The translations under genes and the position numbers were made by a program. A DNA stretch of 32,000 nucleotides, from contig CP001848.1 in the NCBI GenBank assembly GCA_000025185.1, forward strand, positions 3,390,001 to 3,422,000, given 5' to 3'. Position 1 is the first letter of the stretch. Each line of letters begins with the position of its first letter. The notes under the pieces are model-generated. The model had not been told where the DNA came from. It saw only the letters and a program-made list of their open reading frames with translations, and ran no database searches. This stretch comes from Pirellula staleyi DSM 6068 (GTDB lineage Bacteria; Planctomycetota; Planctomycetia; Pirellulales; Pirellulaceae). Positions 7,462 through 16,100 of the stretch are shown here, piece after piece.

Positions 7462-8883
7462 TTAAGGTAGTAGCGACGAGAGAATACCGGCCGCTTTGTG
7501 CCAGGTTTCAGCATACTCGAGTTCGGGTACCGATTGCGCCACGATGCCTCCACCCACAGGAAATTGCCACCAGCCGCTGGATGCCGTGATGGTTCGAATC
7601 AGAATGCTGAGATCCATACTGCCATCGAAACCAAAATAGCCGAGCGAGCCGCAGTAGGCCCCGCGCGGATCGGGCTCTAGCTCGCTGATGATCTCCATCG
7701 CACGAACTTTGGGGGCACCAGTAATAGAACCACCAGGGAAAGCATGCCGAGTTAGGTCCAGAGCCGATTTGCCGGGCGATAATTTTCCTTCTACCACTGA
7801 AACCAGGTGTTGCACGAACTGATAGATTTCCAGGCCGCACAGCTGCGAGACATGGAGCGACTCGCTGTCGCACGCCTGGGACAGATCGTTTCGCAGCAGG
7901 TCGACGATCATTGTGTTTTCGGCACGATCTTTTTCACTGGCGAGGAGATCATCTCCCGCAAATAGATCGGCCTCTGCGCGGAAAGTTCGTTTACGGGTCC
8001 CTTTGATCGGACGCGCTTCGACCTGCTGACCGGACACTTTCACAAAACGTTCTGGCGACGCGCTGACGATCTGCTGATCGCCCAGATCGTAGTATCCAGC
8101 GAAAGTTGCGGCATTTCGCTCACGCAGGCGGAGGTAGAGATCGAGAGCTGAACTGATCGCCGGAAAGAGTAGACGCTGCGACAAGTTCACTTGAAAGACA
8201 TCCCCCGCCAAGATGTATTCGATGGCCCGCTCGACAGCGGCAAGGTATCCCTGGGGTGTGAAGTTGCTCAGCAGTCCTTCGAGTTGTGGCGCCGACCACT
8301 GTCCTGCGATGGCTGGTCGCTCCACTGTCGACACTCTCAAGCTTTGCTGGCTACCATCGCCTTTGTATTCGCCGCAGAGCATCGCTCGGAAATAGTCCAG
8401 TCGATCTTGAGCACGCTTCTGGGAGGGAGGCTGCTCGGCGCTAAATCCGTGCGAGATAATCCAGGTTTTGCCGAGCAAGTGATCCCAGGCGATCACCGTG
8501 TCGTAGAGTCCGATCGAGAGTGTGGGGAGCGAAAAAAAAGGATGTCGGCGGAGTGGAATTCTTTCGAGGCTTTGGACCAGGTCGTAGGCAAGAAGGCCAG
8601 CCGCACCACCTTGAAACGGTGGTAGTCCCGCCACCGTGGGTGCTGGAAATTGCGAGAGCACGCTGGCTAGCTTCGTTAAGCCATCTTCGGCACCTTCAGA
8701 AGTCAACCTTTGAAACGGATCGGCAGTCAGGAACGAATAACGTCCCAGCTTAGGATCACGCAGCGCACTATCGAGCAGTAAACATCGAGGTAGGTGCGCG
8801 ATGCGACGGAGCGCAACATCGACCGCTGGAGCATTGGGTAATTCAAGAACGATTGGTTCGTGAGAAAATGAGTTTGAATTCAC
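7462..8883 (-). CDS. pabB: aminodeoxychorismate synthase component I
   Basis: 473 aa chorismate-binding enzyme with SPERFVKV, ARPIKGTRKR, KDRAENTMIVDLLRNDL and FPGGSITGAPKVRAMEII. The PIKGT lysine is diagnostic of PabB, whereas TrpE has PIAGT. The GTG start at 8883 overlaps the upstream stop as GTGA. Confidence 0.87.
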   Translation of the reverse strand: MNSNSFSHEPIVLELPNAPAVDVALRRIAHLPRCLLLDSALRDPKLGRYSFLTADPFQRLTSEGAEDGLTKLASVLSQFPAPTVAGLPPFQGGAAGLLAYDLVQSLERIPLRRHPFFSLPTLSIGLYDTVIAWDHLLGKTWIISHGFSAEQPPSQKRAQDRLDYFRAMLCGEYKGDGSQQSLRVSTVERPAIAGQWSAPQLEGLLSNFTPQGYLAAVERAIEYILAGDVFQVNLSQRLLFPAISSALDLYLRLRERNAATFAGYYDLGDQQIVSASPERFVKVSGQQVEARPIKGTRKRTFRAEADLFAGDDLLASEKDRAENTMIVDLLRNDLSQACDSESLHVSQLCGLEIYQFVQHLVSVVEGKLSPGKSALDLTRHAFPGGSITGAPKVRAMEIISELEPDPRGAYCGSLGYFGFDGSMDLSILIRTITASSGWWQFPVGGGIVAQSVPELEYAETWHKAAGILSSLLP

Positions 8884-10343
8884 GACGAGGACTCACTTTG
8901 CTGATCGTCGCTGCTTGGCTGGCTCCGCTGAGAGGCCGATCCTTTTCGGAGTCGATGACTCTCTTCGGCCACGGTCAAAAGTCCCCAGTCGAGTGCCTCA
9001 TCCTGACGGTACTCTTTGCCCAGTTGATTGGCGATCATCGCTTTGGCAAGTTCATATCCCAAGTAAAAGGCGTGCGACGGATCGACATTCTTAGGAGCAT
9101 CGCGCGTCGGTTTCTCGCCACCAAAACCTGGGTTCATCAGCCGCTCGAAAAGCAAGAAAGGATCACGCTCGGCTAGATGCAAGTTAGCGCCAATCAAATG
9201 CAATTTTCCTCCCGATACATACGTGCGAAAGTTGTTGTCCTTGATGACTGAAGCCAGTTGTTCGAGAGCCGTTTCTGTGAGTTCCTGGGGACGTGCATCA
9301 CGGAGCATCACTAGTCGAGTGTCGAGTCGTTTTGGGGGGACGCGATGTTTCACCGCGTGATGAACCAACTGGCGGGCGACTGCACATTCCGCCACGCTGG
9401 TGCGAGCCCAGTTGATCACTTGCGTCGTTAGAACGCTGCGAATTCCCAGCTCTTCGCAGATCGCAAGCAGCACGACGTTGATGCCGGCTGAGTCGACGTC
9501 GGTCAGTTCGGTGATGTTGCCGATCCCCATCATCAGTTCAGCGTCGGGATACTTGCGGCGCACGGCTGCGTAACGCTCGAGACTAGCTGCAAAGCCAAAA
9601 CCAATCGGCTCGAGAATCGGGTCGATGCGCAGCGGAATGTTTCTTGTCGCAAGATACTCAATCGTATCATCGAGCGAATCGAGCGACTGTGGATCGTCGG
9701 GGATGGCTACAACTTCGATCCCCCAATCTGCAGCAGCCTGTCGATTGCTGCTATTCACACTGAGTACGAGCTGTGCACCGGCTTGAGCCGCCTGGGCGAT
9801 TTCGGCTGGATTTAGACTGTCGATCGAAACTCGCAATCCTTCGTCGACGAGCGCTCGCACCACTTCCCCAACCTGGGACCAGGTGTTTCCAGGTTCGCAT
9901 CCGACATCGATGAAGTCGGCACCATCGATGGCCAGTTGCTTTGCTTTCGCCACGATTTCAGAGGTGGAGAACTGCGGTGCATGATTGATTTCGGCGAGGA
10001 TTTCAATCGTGTAATTGCCGTAGTCTTCGAGTCTCGCTGGTTTCTCGCCAAAGTGAGTCGCCAGCGCGCGGAGATCGCGTGGCCCCACTTCCACTTTCGC
10101 ATTCACCTTCGTTTCGATGGGAGTTAAGTCCCCCCGGCAATAGCCAGGCAAGATGATGCGTGTGGCTTGAGCGACAGGGGTAATGTGCTTGGCGATCCAA
10201 GCAGGAGTCATCAGTGCAGCGACGGTGATGGGCAGCACATCAATCGTGAAGTCGAAACCCAGTTTGGCGGACAGCGTCTGCACTTCTTGCCGCAACGCAT
10301 GTTCGGCAAGTCGGCCTGTCACAAAATGAAAGTGCTCGGGCAT
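8880..10343 (-). CDS. archaeal-type dihydropteroate synthase-like protein (pterin-binding domain with extra N- and C-terminal regions)
   Basis: 487 aa. Pterin-binding TIM-barrel blocks are DGADFIDVGCEPG, LRVSIDSLNPAEIAQAAQAGAQLVLSVN, PLRIDPILEPIGFGF and MGIGNITELTDVDSAG. The roughly 110-aa N-terminal domain and the long C-terminal region resemble the methanogen and methylotroph DHPS-like enzymes used in methanopterin synthesis, not canonical FolP of about 280 aa. Confidence 0.8.
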   Translation of the reverse strand: MPEHFHFVTGRLAEHALRQEVQTLSAKLGFDFTIDVLPITVAALMTPAWIAKHITPVAQATRIILPGYCRGDLTPIETKVNAKVEVGPRDLRALATHFGEKPARLEDYGNYTIEILAEINHAPQFSTSEIVAKAKQLAIDGADFIDVGCEPGNTWSQVGEVVRALVDEGLRVSIDSLNPAEIAQAAQAGAQLVLSVNSSNRQAAADWGIEVVAIPDDPQSLDSLDDTIEYLATRNIPLRIDPILEPIGFGFAASLERYAAVRRKYPDAELMMGIGNITELTDVDSAGINVVLLAICEELGIRSVLTTQVINWARTSVAECAVARQLVHHAVKHRVPPKRLDTRLVMLRDARPQELTETALEQLASVIKDNNFRTYVSGGKLHLIGANLHLAERDPFLLFERLMNPGFGGEKPTRDAPKNVDPSHAFYLGYELAKAMIANQLGKEYRQDEALDWGLLTVAEESHRLRKGSASQRSQPSSDDQQSESSS

Positions 10344-10460
10344 GGATGCGGAACCTTGGAATCTTCAGCTGGAGCACGTATCGCTTTGGGCAGGGACAAT
10401 TTCGTCAGGTATCGCGGCCGATGCAAACTCTATGGCTACAACACATGCGTGCGTAACGCA

Positions 10461-11261
10461 CTAGGTTCGCAAATCGCCGAAGCGAAAGCCGCCATTCACA
10501 GGTAGGGTGTGACCTGTGATGAAATCAGCTGCCGGTGAAACCAAGTATAAGATCGCTTGGGCTACATCGGCGGGAGTTCCCCAGCGGGCGCGAAGCGATT
10601 CCTCGATTGCGCGCTGCTGCCAGTACTCCGAGGCATCGTCCCCCCAACTTGTCTTGATCCAGCCTGGTGCTACGCAGTTCACCCGAACTTCTGGGGCCAG
10701 CGATTGGGCAAGGCTTCTGGTGAAGGCCATGATCGACCCCTTAATCGCCGTGAACATTTCGCCGCTGTCGCCAGCCATGCCATGCTCTGCCTGATCCCAA
10801 CCGATGTTGACAATCACACCTTGCTTATGCTCCTTCATGCAGCGACCTACCGCTCGTGAAAGGAGTATGGTTCCCTCGACATCCACTTGCCACAAACGAG
10901 CCAGTTTTTCCTCGAACGACCACTTCGCAGCGGCTCCGGTCAGGACGTCGGCGCCGGCGTTATTCACCCAGATATCGACCCGCGGATGCCGAGCTTCCAC
11001 CTCACTCAAAAGTTGGGCGCGTCCCTCGGTGGTTGAGATATCGGCGATCACGTACGACGCGGTTAGGCCTCCACCGACGAGCGCTTCTGTGAGCTCGCGA
11101 GCACGCGACTCACCTCGGTGGCCGTGAACCACAACCGAAGCGCCAGCGCGAGCCAAAGTGCCAGCAATCTCGGCGCCAATTCCGCTGGAGCTTCCTGTGA
11201 CAACAGCCACGCGACCGGTGAGTGGCTGCGAGAGTGAGGAAAGATTAGCTGAAGTGTTCAT
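10461..11261 (-). CDS. short-chain dehydrogenase/reductase family protein with non-canonical active-site residues
   Basis: Rossmann motif VVTGSSSGIGAEIA, then NNAG, then PG in VNCVAPGWIKT. The usual Ser...YxxxK is replaced by NIGWD...FTAIK. The ATG at 11261 overlaps the upstream stop as ATGA. Confidence 0.85.
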   Translation of the reverse strand: MNTSANLSSLSQPLTGRVAVVTGSSSGIGAEIAGTLARAGASVVVHGHRGESRARELTEALVGGGLTASYVIADISTTEGRAQLLSEVEARHPRVDIWVNNAGADVLTGAAAKWSFEEKLARLWQVDVEGTILLSRAVGRCMKEHKQGVIVNIGWDQAEHGMAGDSGEMFTAIKGSIMAFTRSLAQSLAPEVRVNCVAPGWIKTSWGDDASEYWQQRAIEESLRARWGTPADVAQAILYLVSPAADFITGHTLPVNGGFRFGDLRT

Positions 11262-12958
11262 TGCGGCGCAGCTTCACTCGGCGGATCGCTTGGCTTCTCG
11301 GCAGTGGCTGGCTGCTCGCTTTGTGGTTTTTCGACAGTCGCCAGTTGATAGCAAGCAGCATCACTGGCGCTACGTACCAGCAGCTTGTTCCCGACGAGGC
11401 AAAGGTTGTTCCACGATTTGTCGGTAAGTGCGTCGAGAGTTCCCATTTCTTCAAATTTCTCGGGATTGGCAGCGACAAGCTTCACAGGCCCCGATTCGGT
11501 TTGTACTAGCAAATTTTTGCCCACACCGAGAACCTGCCCATGGCCATAGCGTCCTTTTTTCCAACAACTGTGACCATCGGTGAGATCGACACATTCGAGA
11601 ATTCCATCGGAGAGCCCGTAAGCAAACCCATCGATCAGCACAGCGTTGGTGAACTTGGTTTTGAGAACGCGAGAGTTCTCCCACACGATGTTTACTTTCC
11701 AAACGTTGTTGGCAAGGGAAAGCTCCATCAGGGCAGCTCCCTGGCCATAACCTTTGGAGAGAAACAGTTTGTTTCCATCCACCAAGTGCGGCTGAGAGTT
11801 GCTGGCGTTTGCGCTACTGCTGCCCGCCCAAGGAATGGTCCAAAGAGTGCTGCCGTCAGCGAGGTTGTGGCCCGTCACCGAGTCTTCGTTGATCATCACG
11901 AGTTGATCGACGCCGGCGATGTTCATCAGCGTCGGGGAGCAGTAGCTGATTTGCTTACTGCCTGCTTCCCAAAGCACATCTCCCGATTCTTTATCGAGCG
12001 CGATGATCGAAACCGGAGCGTCGCGTCGACCACCTTCGGGAACAATCACTTTGGGCCCAATGATGAGTGGCGAGTTGGCGCGTCCCCAGGCGATTTCGTT
12101 CATATCCTCGGTTGAGGTAAGTCCCTGACGGTCGAGCAGATCGATACTCCAGATCAGTTTGCCGGTTTTCAGCTCGAGACAGCGGAGCACGCCCGTCGCC
12201 CCGAGGGCATAGACATTCGTGCCATCGATGGTCGGAGTGCTGCGCGGTCCAACACCACCCAGCACCGTTTCGTGGCGAGCTTTGATCGCATGCCCCCAAA
12301 CGGGCTGCCCATTGTCAAAACGATAGGCTGTCACCCACTCTTCGGGGCCCCGTTGTTCCATGGTGACGGCGATTCCCTGCGAAACCACAAAGCCCGACCA
12401 ACCAGCACCAAGTTTCGGGAGACGCCAGATTTCTTGCGGCGGGGAGGCTGTCCAGTCGGTCACCAGTTCGGGGCCTGGAAGATATCCGTTGCGATTAGGG
12501 CCCAGGAATTGTGTGAACTGGCTTTCCTCGCTGCTGGCCTCGATCACCGGAGGAGCAGCAGGAGTCTCGAGGCGCTGGAGCTCACTGTCAGCCGACGCTT
12601 GCCAGCGGAAAGCCAGGGTGGGAATCATATTTCCATCGACCGAAACGATCTTCAGGGTCGAGACTGCTATGGCCACCAAGCCAAGTGCGATCCCCAGCAT
12701 GCCAAAACGAATTGAAGGAGCATAACTACTGCGAAAGGCAAGCCAAACAAGGAGCGAGACGAGCGCAATGAAGCTAAAGACTAGCGACAGAATGTTCACC
12801 AGGGCGAAGTCGAACTGATCGCCAAAAATCTGCAACAGCACCACGATCGTGATGCAAACGCTCACCACAATCAGCGAATTTCGATCGGGTAATCGAGAGC
12901 CAGCCTCAGCTTGCTTAGGAGGAGGGGACGCAGGCTTGCTGGGAGAAGGAGTCGTCAT
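11258..12958 (-). CDS. membrane-anchored PQQ-like/BamB-like beta-propeller repeat protein
   Basis: 566 aa. The N-terminus has three hydrophobic helices: LIVVSVCITIVVLLQIF, ILSLVFSFIALVSLLVWLAF and GMLGIALGLVAIAVSTL. Repeated propeller blades follow, of the type VYALGATGVLRCLELKTGKLIWS, SGDVLWEAGS, DGSTLWTIPW and DGHSCWKKG. Confidence 0.75.
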   Translation of the reverse strand: MTTPSPSKPASPPPKQAEAGSRLPDRNSLIVVSVCITIVVLLQIFGDQFDFALVNILSLVFSFIALVSLLVWLAFRSSYAPSIRFGMLGIALGLVAIAVSTLKIVSVDGNMIPTLAFRWQASADSELQRLETPAAPPVIEASSEESQFTQFLGPNRNGYLPGPELVTDWTASPPQEIWRLPKLGAGWSGFVVSQGIAVTMEQRGPEEWVTAYRFDNGQPVWGHAIKARHETVLGGVGPRSTPTIDGTNVYALGATGVLRCLELKTGKLIWSIDLLDRQGLTSTEDMNEIAWGRANSPLIIGPKVIVPEGGRRDAPVSIIALDKESGDVLWEAGSKQISYCSPTLMNIAGVDQLVMINEDSVTGHNLADGSTLWTIPWAGSSSANASNSQPHLVDGNKLFLSKGYGQGAALMELSLANNVWKVNIVWENSRVLKTKFTNAVLIDGFAYGLSDGILECVDLTDGHSCWKKGRYGHGQVLGVGKNLLVQTESGPVKLVAANPEKFEEMGTLDALTDKSWNNLCLVGNKLLVRSASDAACYQLATVEKPQSEQPATAEKPSDPPSEAAPQ

Positions 12959-13171
12959 CGATGGGCTTTACCAAAGGGGCGGCGTCGAGAGTGCGGTTCC
13001 GGTGGCAGGAAAACCAGCCGCAAATCTGTCGGGAATCGTCTTGCGTCGACGCGGGGCGTTACACCCTAGTGTAGTGTGCTGTCGACTGGTTCAGAGAGCC
13101 CACTTGCGTTGGATTCGAAGGGATTTTTGCCTTTAAAAGGCGAGTAAATCGCCACGCATCTCGGCTGCGAG

Positions 13172-16100
13172 CTATTTGCGTGGGACAAGCGTTTTGAGAT
13201 AGGCCAAAAGATCGGCGATATCGCGATCGGAGGCATCGTCGAGCAGGCCCGTAGGCATCAGTGAGACGCGACTTTTCTGAAGCGACACAATCTCTTCGCC
13301 AGCGATTCGCACGGTTGTATCCGGAGCCGTTTGCAGCATGGTGGCGTCGGGAGATTCGTACACCACAAGCCCGTTCAGCACACGCCCGCTTCCGGTAAGC
13401 AACTGCGTTGTTTGGTACAGCGGCGAAAGATCTCGGTTGGGGTCTACGATAGCGGCCAGCAGGTCGGACGTCGAAAACCTCGCGGCTGCTCCTGCCAAAT
13501 CGGGGCCGAGGGGGCTGTTTCCAGCGTGACAGCGAAGGCAGCTTTTCCGCTGAAAGACGAGGCGTCCACGCTCGCTATCGCCGTCGGCAAGTTTGATGGA
13601 CGCCAGCCGCTCGTTCCAAGCGGCTGACGATTGGTTGCTCGTTGGGGACAAATGGGTCGCCGCTTCAGGAAAGCGAGCTACTAGTTCATCGGTCCAGGGC
13701 TGATAGACCTCAAGCAGGTTGGCTTCGTTTGATTCGAGAATGTCGAGCGATTTTCCTGTCCAGGTTTGCAGGAGCACGTGCAGTTTGCTTCGCAGGCGTT
13801 TGAGCGGAGGGACAGCGCATGCTTGTCGCAAGACGCGGACAGCAGCGCTCCAGGCTGCAGCATCCTCGTAAGGGCCGAGCATCACGAGCGCGTGGGCCGA
13901 GGCCTCGGCGATCTCGGGCTGAATGGAATTTAGTCCCTCAATGAGCCGCTGGCGATCTTCGGTTTGAGGACTGCGGGCCAGATAGGGGATGATGTCGTCG
14001 TGAAGTTCTTCATGGTTCCAAGCTTCGCGCATCACCGCCAAGGATTCGTCGGTGGGCAGCGTTCCGGCGAGTTCAATCAGTTCGGCGGACCAGCGATGCT
14101 CTTCATTCTCGCTCGACTTAACAACTCCGATCAACTTTCGCGCCGCATCGTTGCGTGCGCTGCTGGGCATCGCGCGAGCCAGCATCGCTTGCTGCAGGAG
14201 GTTGAATTGCTTGTGGCTGACCACGGCAGCGGCCAGTGTGGGATCGCGAGCATACAAGGCCGCTAGGGCCTCGCCGACCCGCTGGGGCCAATTGCGGCTG
14301 ATGTACAAGTTGTTCTTTTGCAGCTTGTGATGCAGACGTGTGATCGCGGCGGCTGTTTCCTGAGTCGCGACCGGCGATCTTGCTCCAGGAAGATGCGCCA
14401 TCACCATCAAGTAGTGCAGGTCATCGTGAACATCCGATGTGTCGGTGCAATGAGCGGCAATACGTTCAAGCACCGCTTCATCATCGATGACTAAGACGGA
14501 GAGCAGGCGAGCTAGTTCGCGATTGAGTTCCTCGTCAGAAGCTGGAAAAGAGTCGGCGATGCGCTTGCCAAAGGCAATCCTCGCGACCCGCAAGGTGTTG
14601 GGATCGACAGCAACGCTGTAGCCCGCGATCACGTCACGCGTCTTGGGATCGAGATCGAGGTCACCGAGCGAAAGGATCATCAATCGAGCTGCAATCAGCT
14701 TGTCGCCGGTTTGAGGAAGATCGATGAAGCACTGTGCTGCGAGGGCAAAATGTTCGACGGCTAGTTTATTCCGCGCAGCTAGGCGCATTAGTTCGACGAG
14801 CGGCTGATCTTCGAGAGGGCGATCAATGCGCGTGTCGGCCGTAAGTGCTGCCGATCGAACGCGACGGTCGTCATGAACAAACGCGTCGTGCCAATCATTC
14901 GTCATCAGCACGTTGGTAGCGGTGCGATGAATAGCTGCGAGCGATGCCAGGGATTCCCAAGCGGTGCGTGCCACCAGTGGATCTTTGCTCGCGGCCTTAG
15001 AAGCAATCAATTTGGTAGCGGAGCTGTCGCGCGCCGACCGTCCGAGTGACCAGATTGCGCGGGCTTCGATTAGGGGATGGTCTTTGCACAGAAACACCGC
15101 CTCGTCGAGCGAGAGCCCCCCAAACATTTCCGTGAGGATCTCGATTCCTCGAATCCGTTCTTCCAGCGGTGCAGTGCGGTCCGCGACACGGGCCATCAAG
15201 GTCTCGCGCCCAAGTTCGGCTGCGATCGGCTTCCATACAGCACGGCTCCAAGCGGCGAGTGGCTGCGGCGAGCGAAGCAGTTTATCGATGGGGGCCTCAT
15301 TGTCGGGGGAACTGCTTGGCGCTGAGTTTTGCGGGCCTTGGTACGTCACGCGAAATACACTGCCACGCGTGCGTCTTCCCCCGATGGCAACGTAGAGTTC
15401 GCCCGACTTTCCGACGGCGATATCGACAGGCGCGAAGCCCACATCGCCAGTCGTTTCGAGGAAGATTTCGGGCTTGGCTTCAAAGCTGCTGCCGCTTGAC
15501 TGCAGAGGAATGTGATAAATCCGTCCCAGGGTCCAGCAGGCACTCAAAATGCTTCCCCGATATCGCTCGGGGAACTGCGTGTGACGATAGACGGTCAGTC
15601 CTGTTGGCGATCCTCGGCCGAGTTCGGCGAGTCGCGGGACATTGTCGAAGTACGAAGCGGGGCGATTCCAGCTTCGCTGCCATCCTTGAAGCACCCAGCC
15701 ATGATGTTGTCCCTGGCCGATATCGAACAGCCGCGTCGGACTGTACCAGGGCAAGTGCTGGTCGCGCTCACCATCGGCATCGACGGTGAAGACATGACCC
15801 AGCGGGTGAAAATCGATGTCGTACGGGTTACGAAATCCATGTGCCACGATTTCGCTGTCGACCATCGAGGGAGGAAATCGAAGCAGGGCACCGCAGACTG
15901 GCGTTTTGACGGGAGACGATATTCGCGACGCATGTCGAGGCGTTACGCCTGTGTCGTTGCCGCAGATCACATAGAACCAGCCGTCGGGGCCTTGCACGAC
16001 ACCGTTGGCTCCATGTTCGGGCGATCGAAGCGATGCGAGCAAGCGGGGAGGTCCATCTGCCACTCCGTCACCATGTGCGTCGGTGAATCGGAGAAGTCCG

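Noticed and set aside
13129-13141. Palindrome GCCTTTAAAAGGC downstream of the 1107-aa gene, considered as a terminator
   Set aside because: The stem is AT-rich and effectively 5 bp. On the relevant minus strand it is followed by an A-run, not a U-run.
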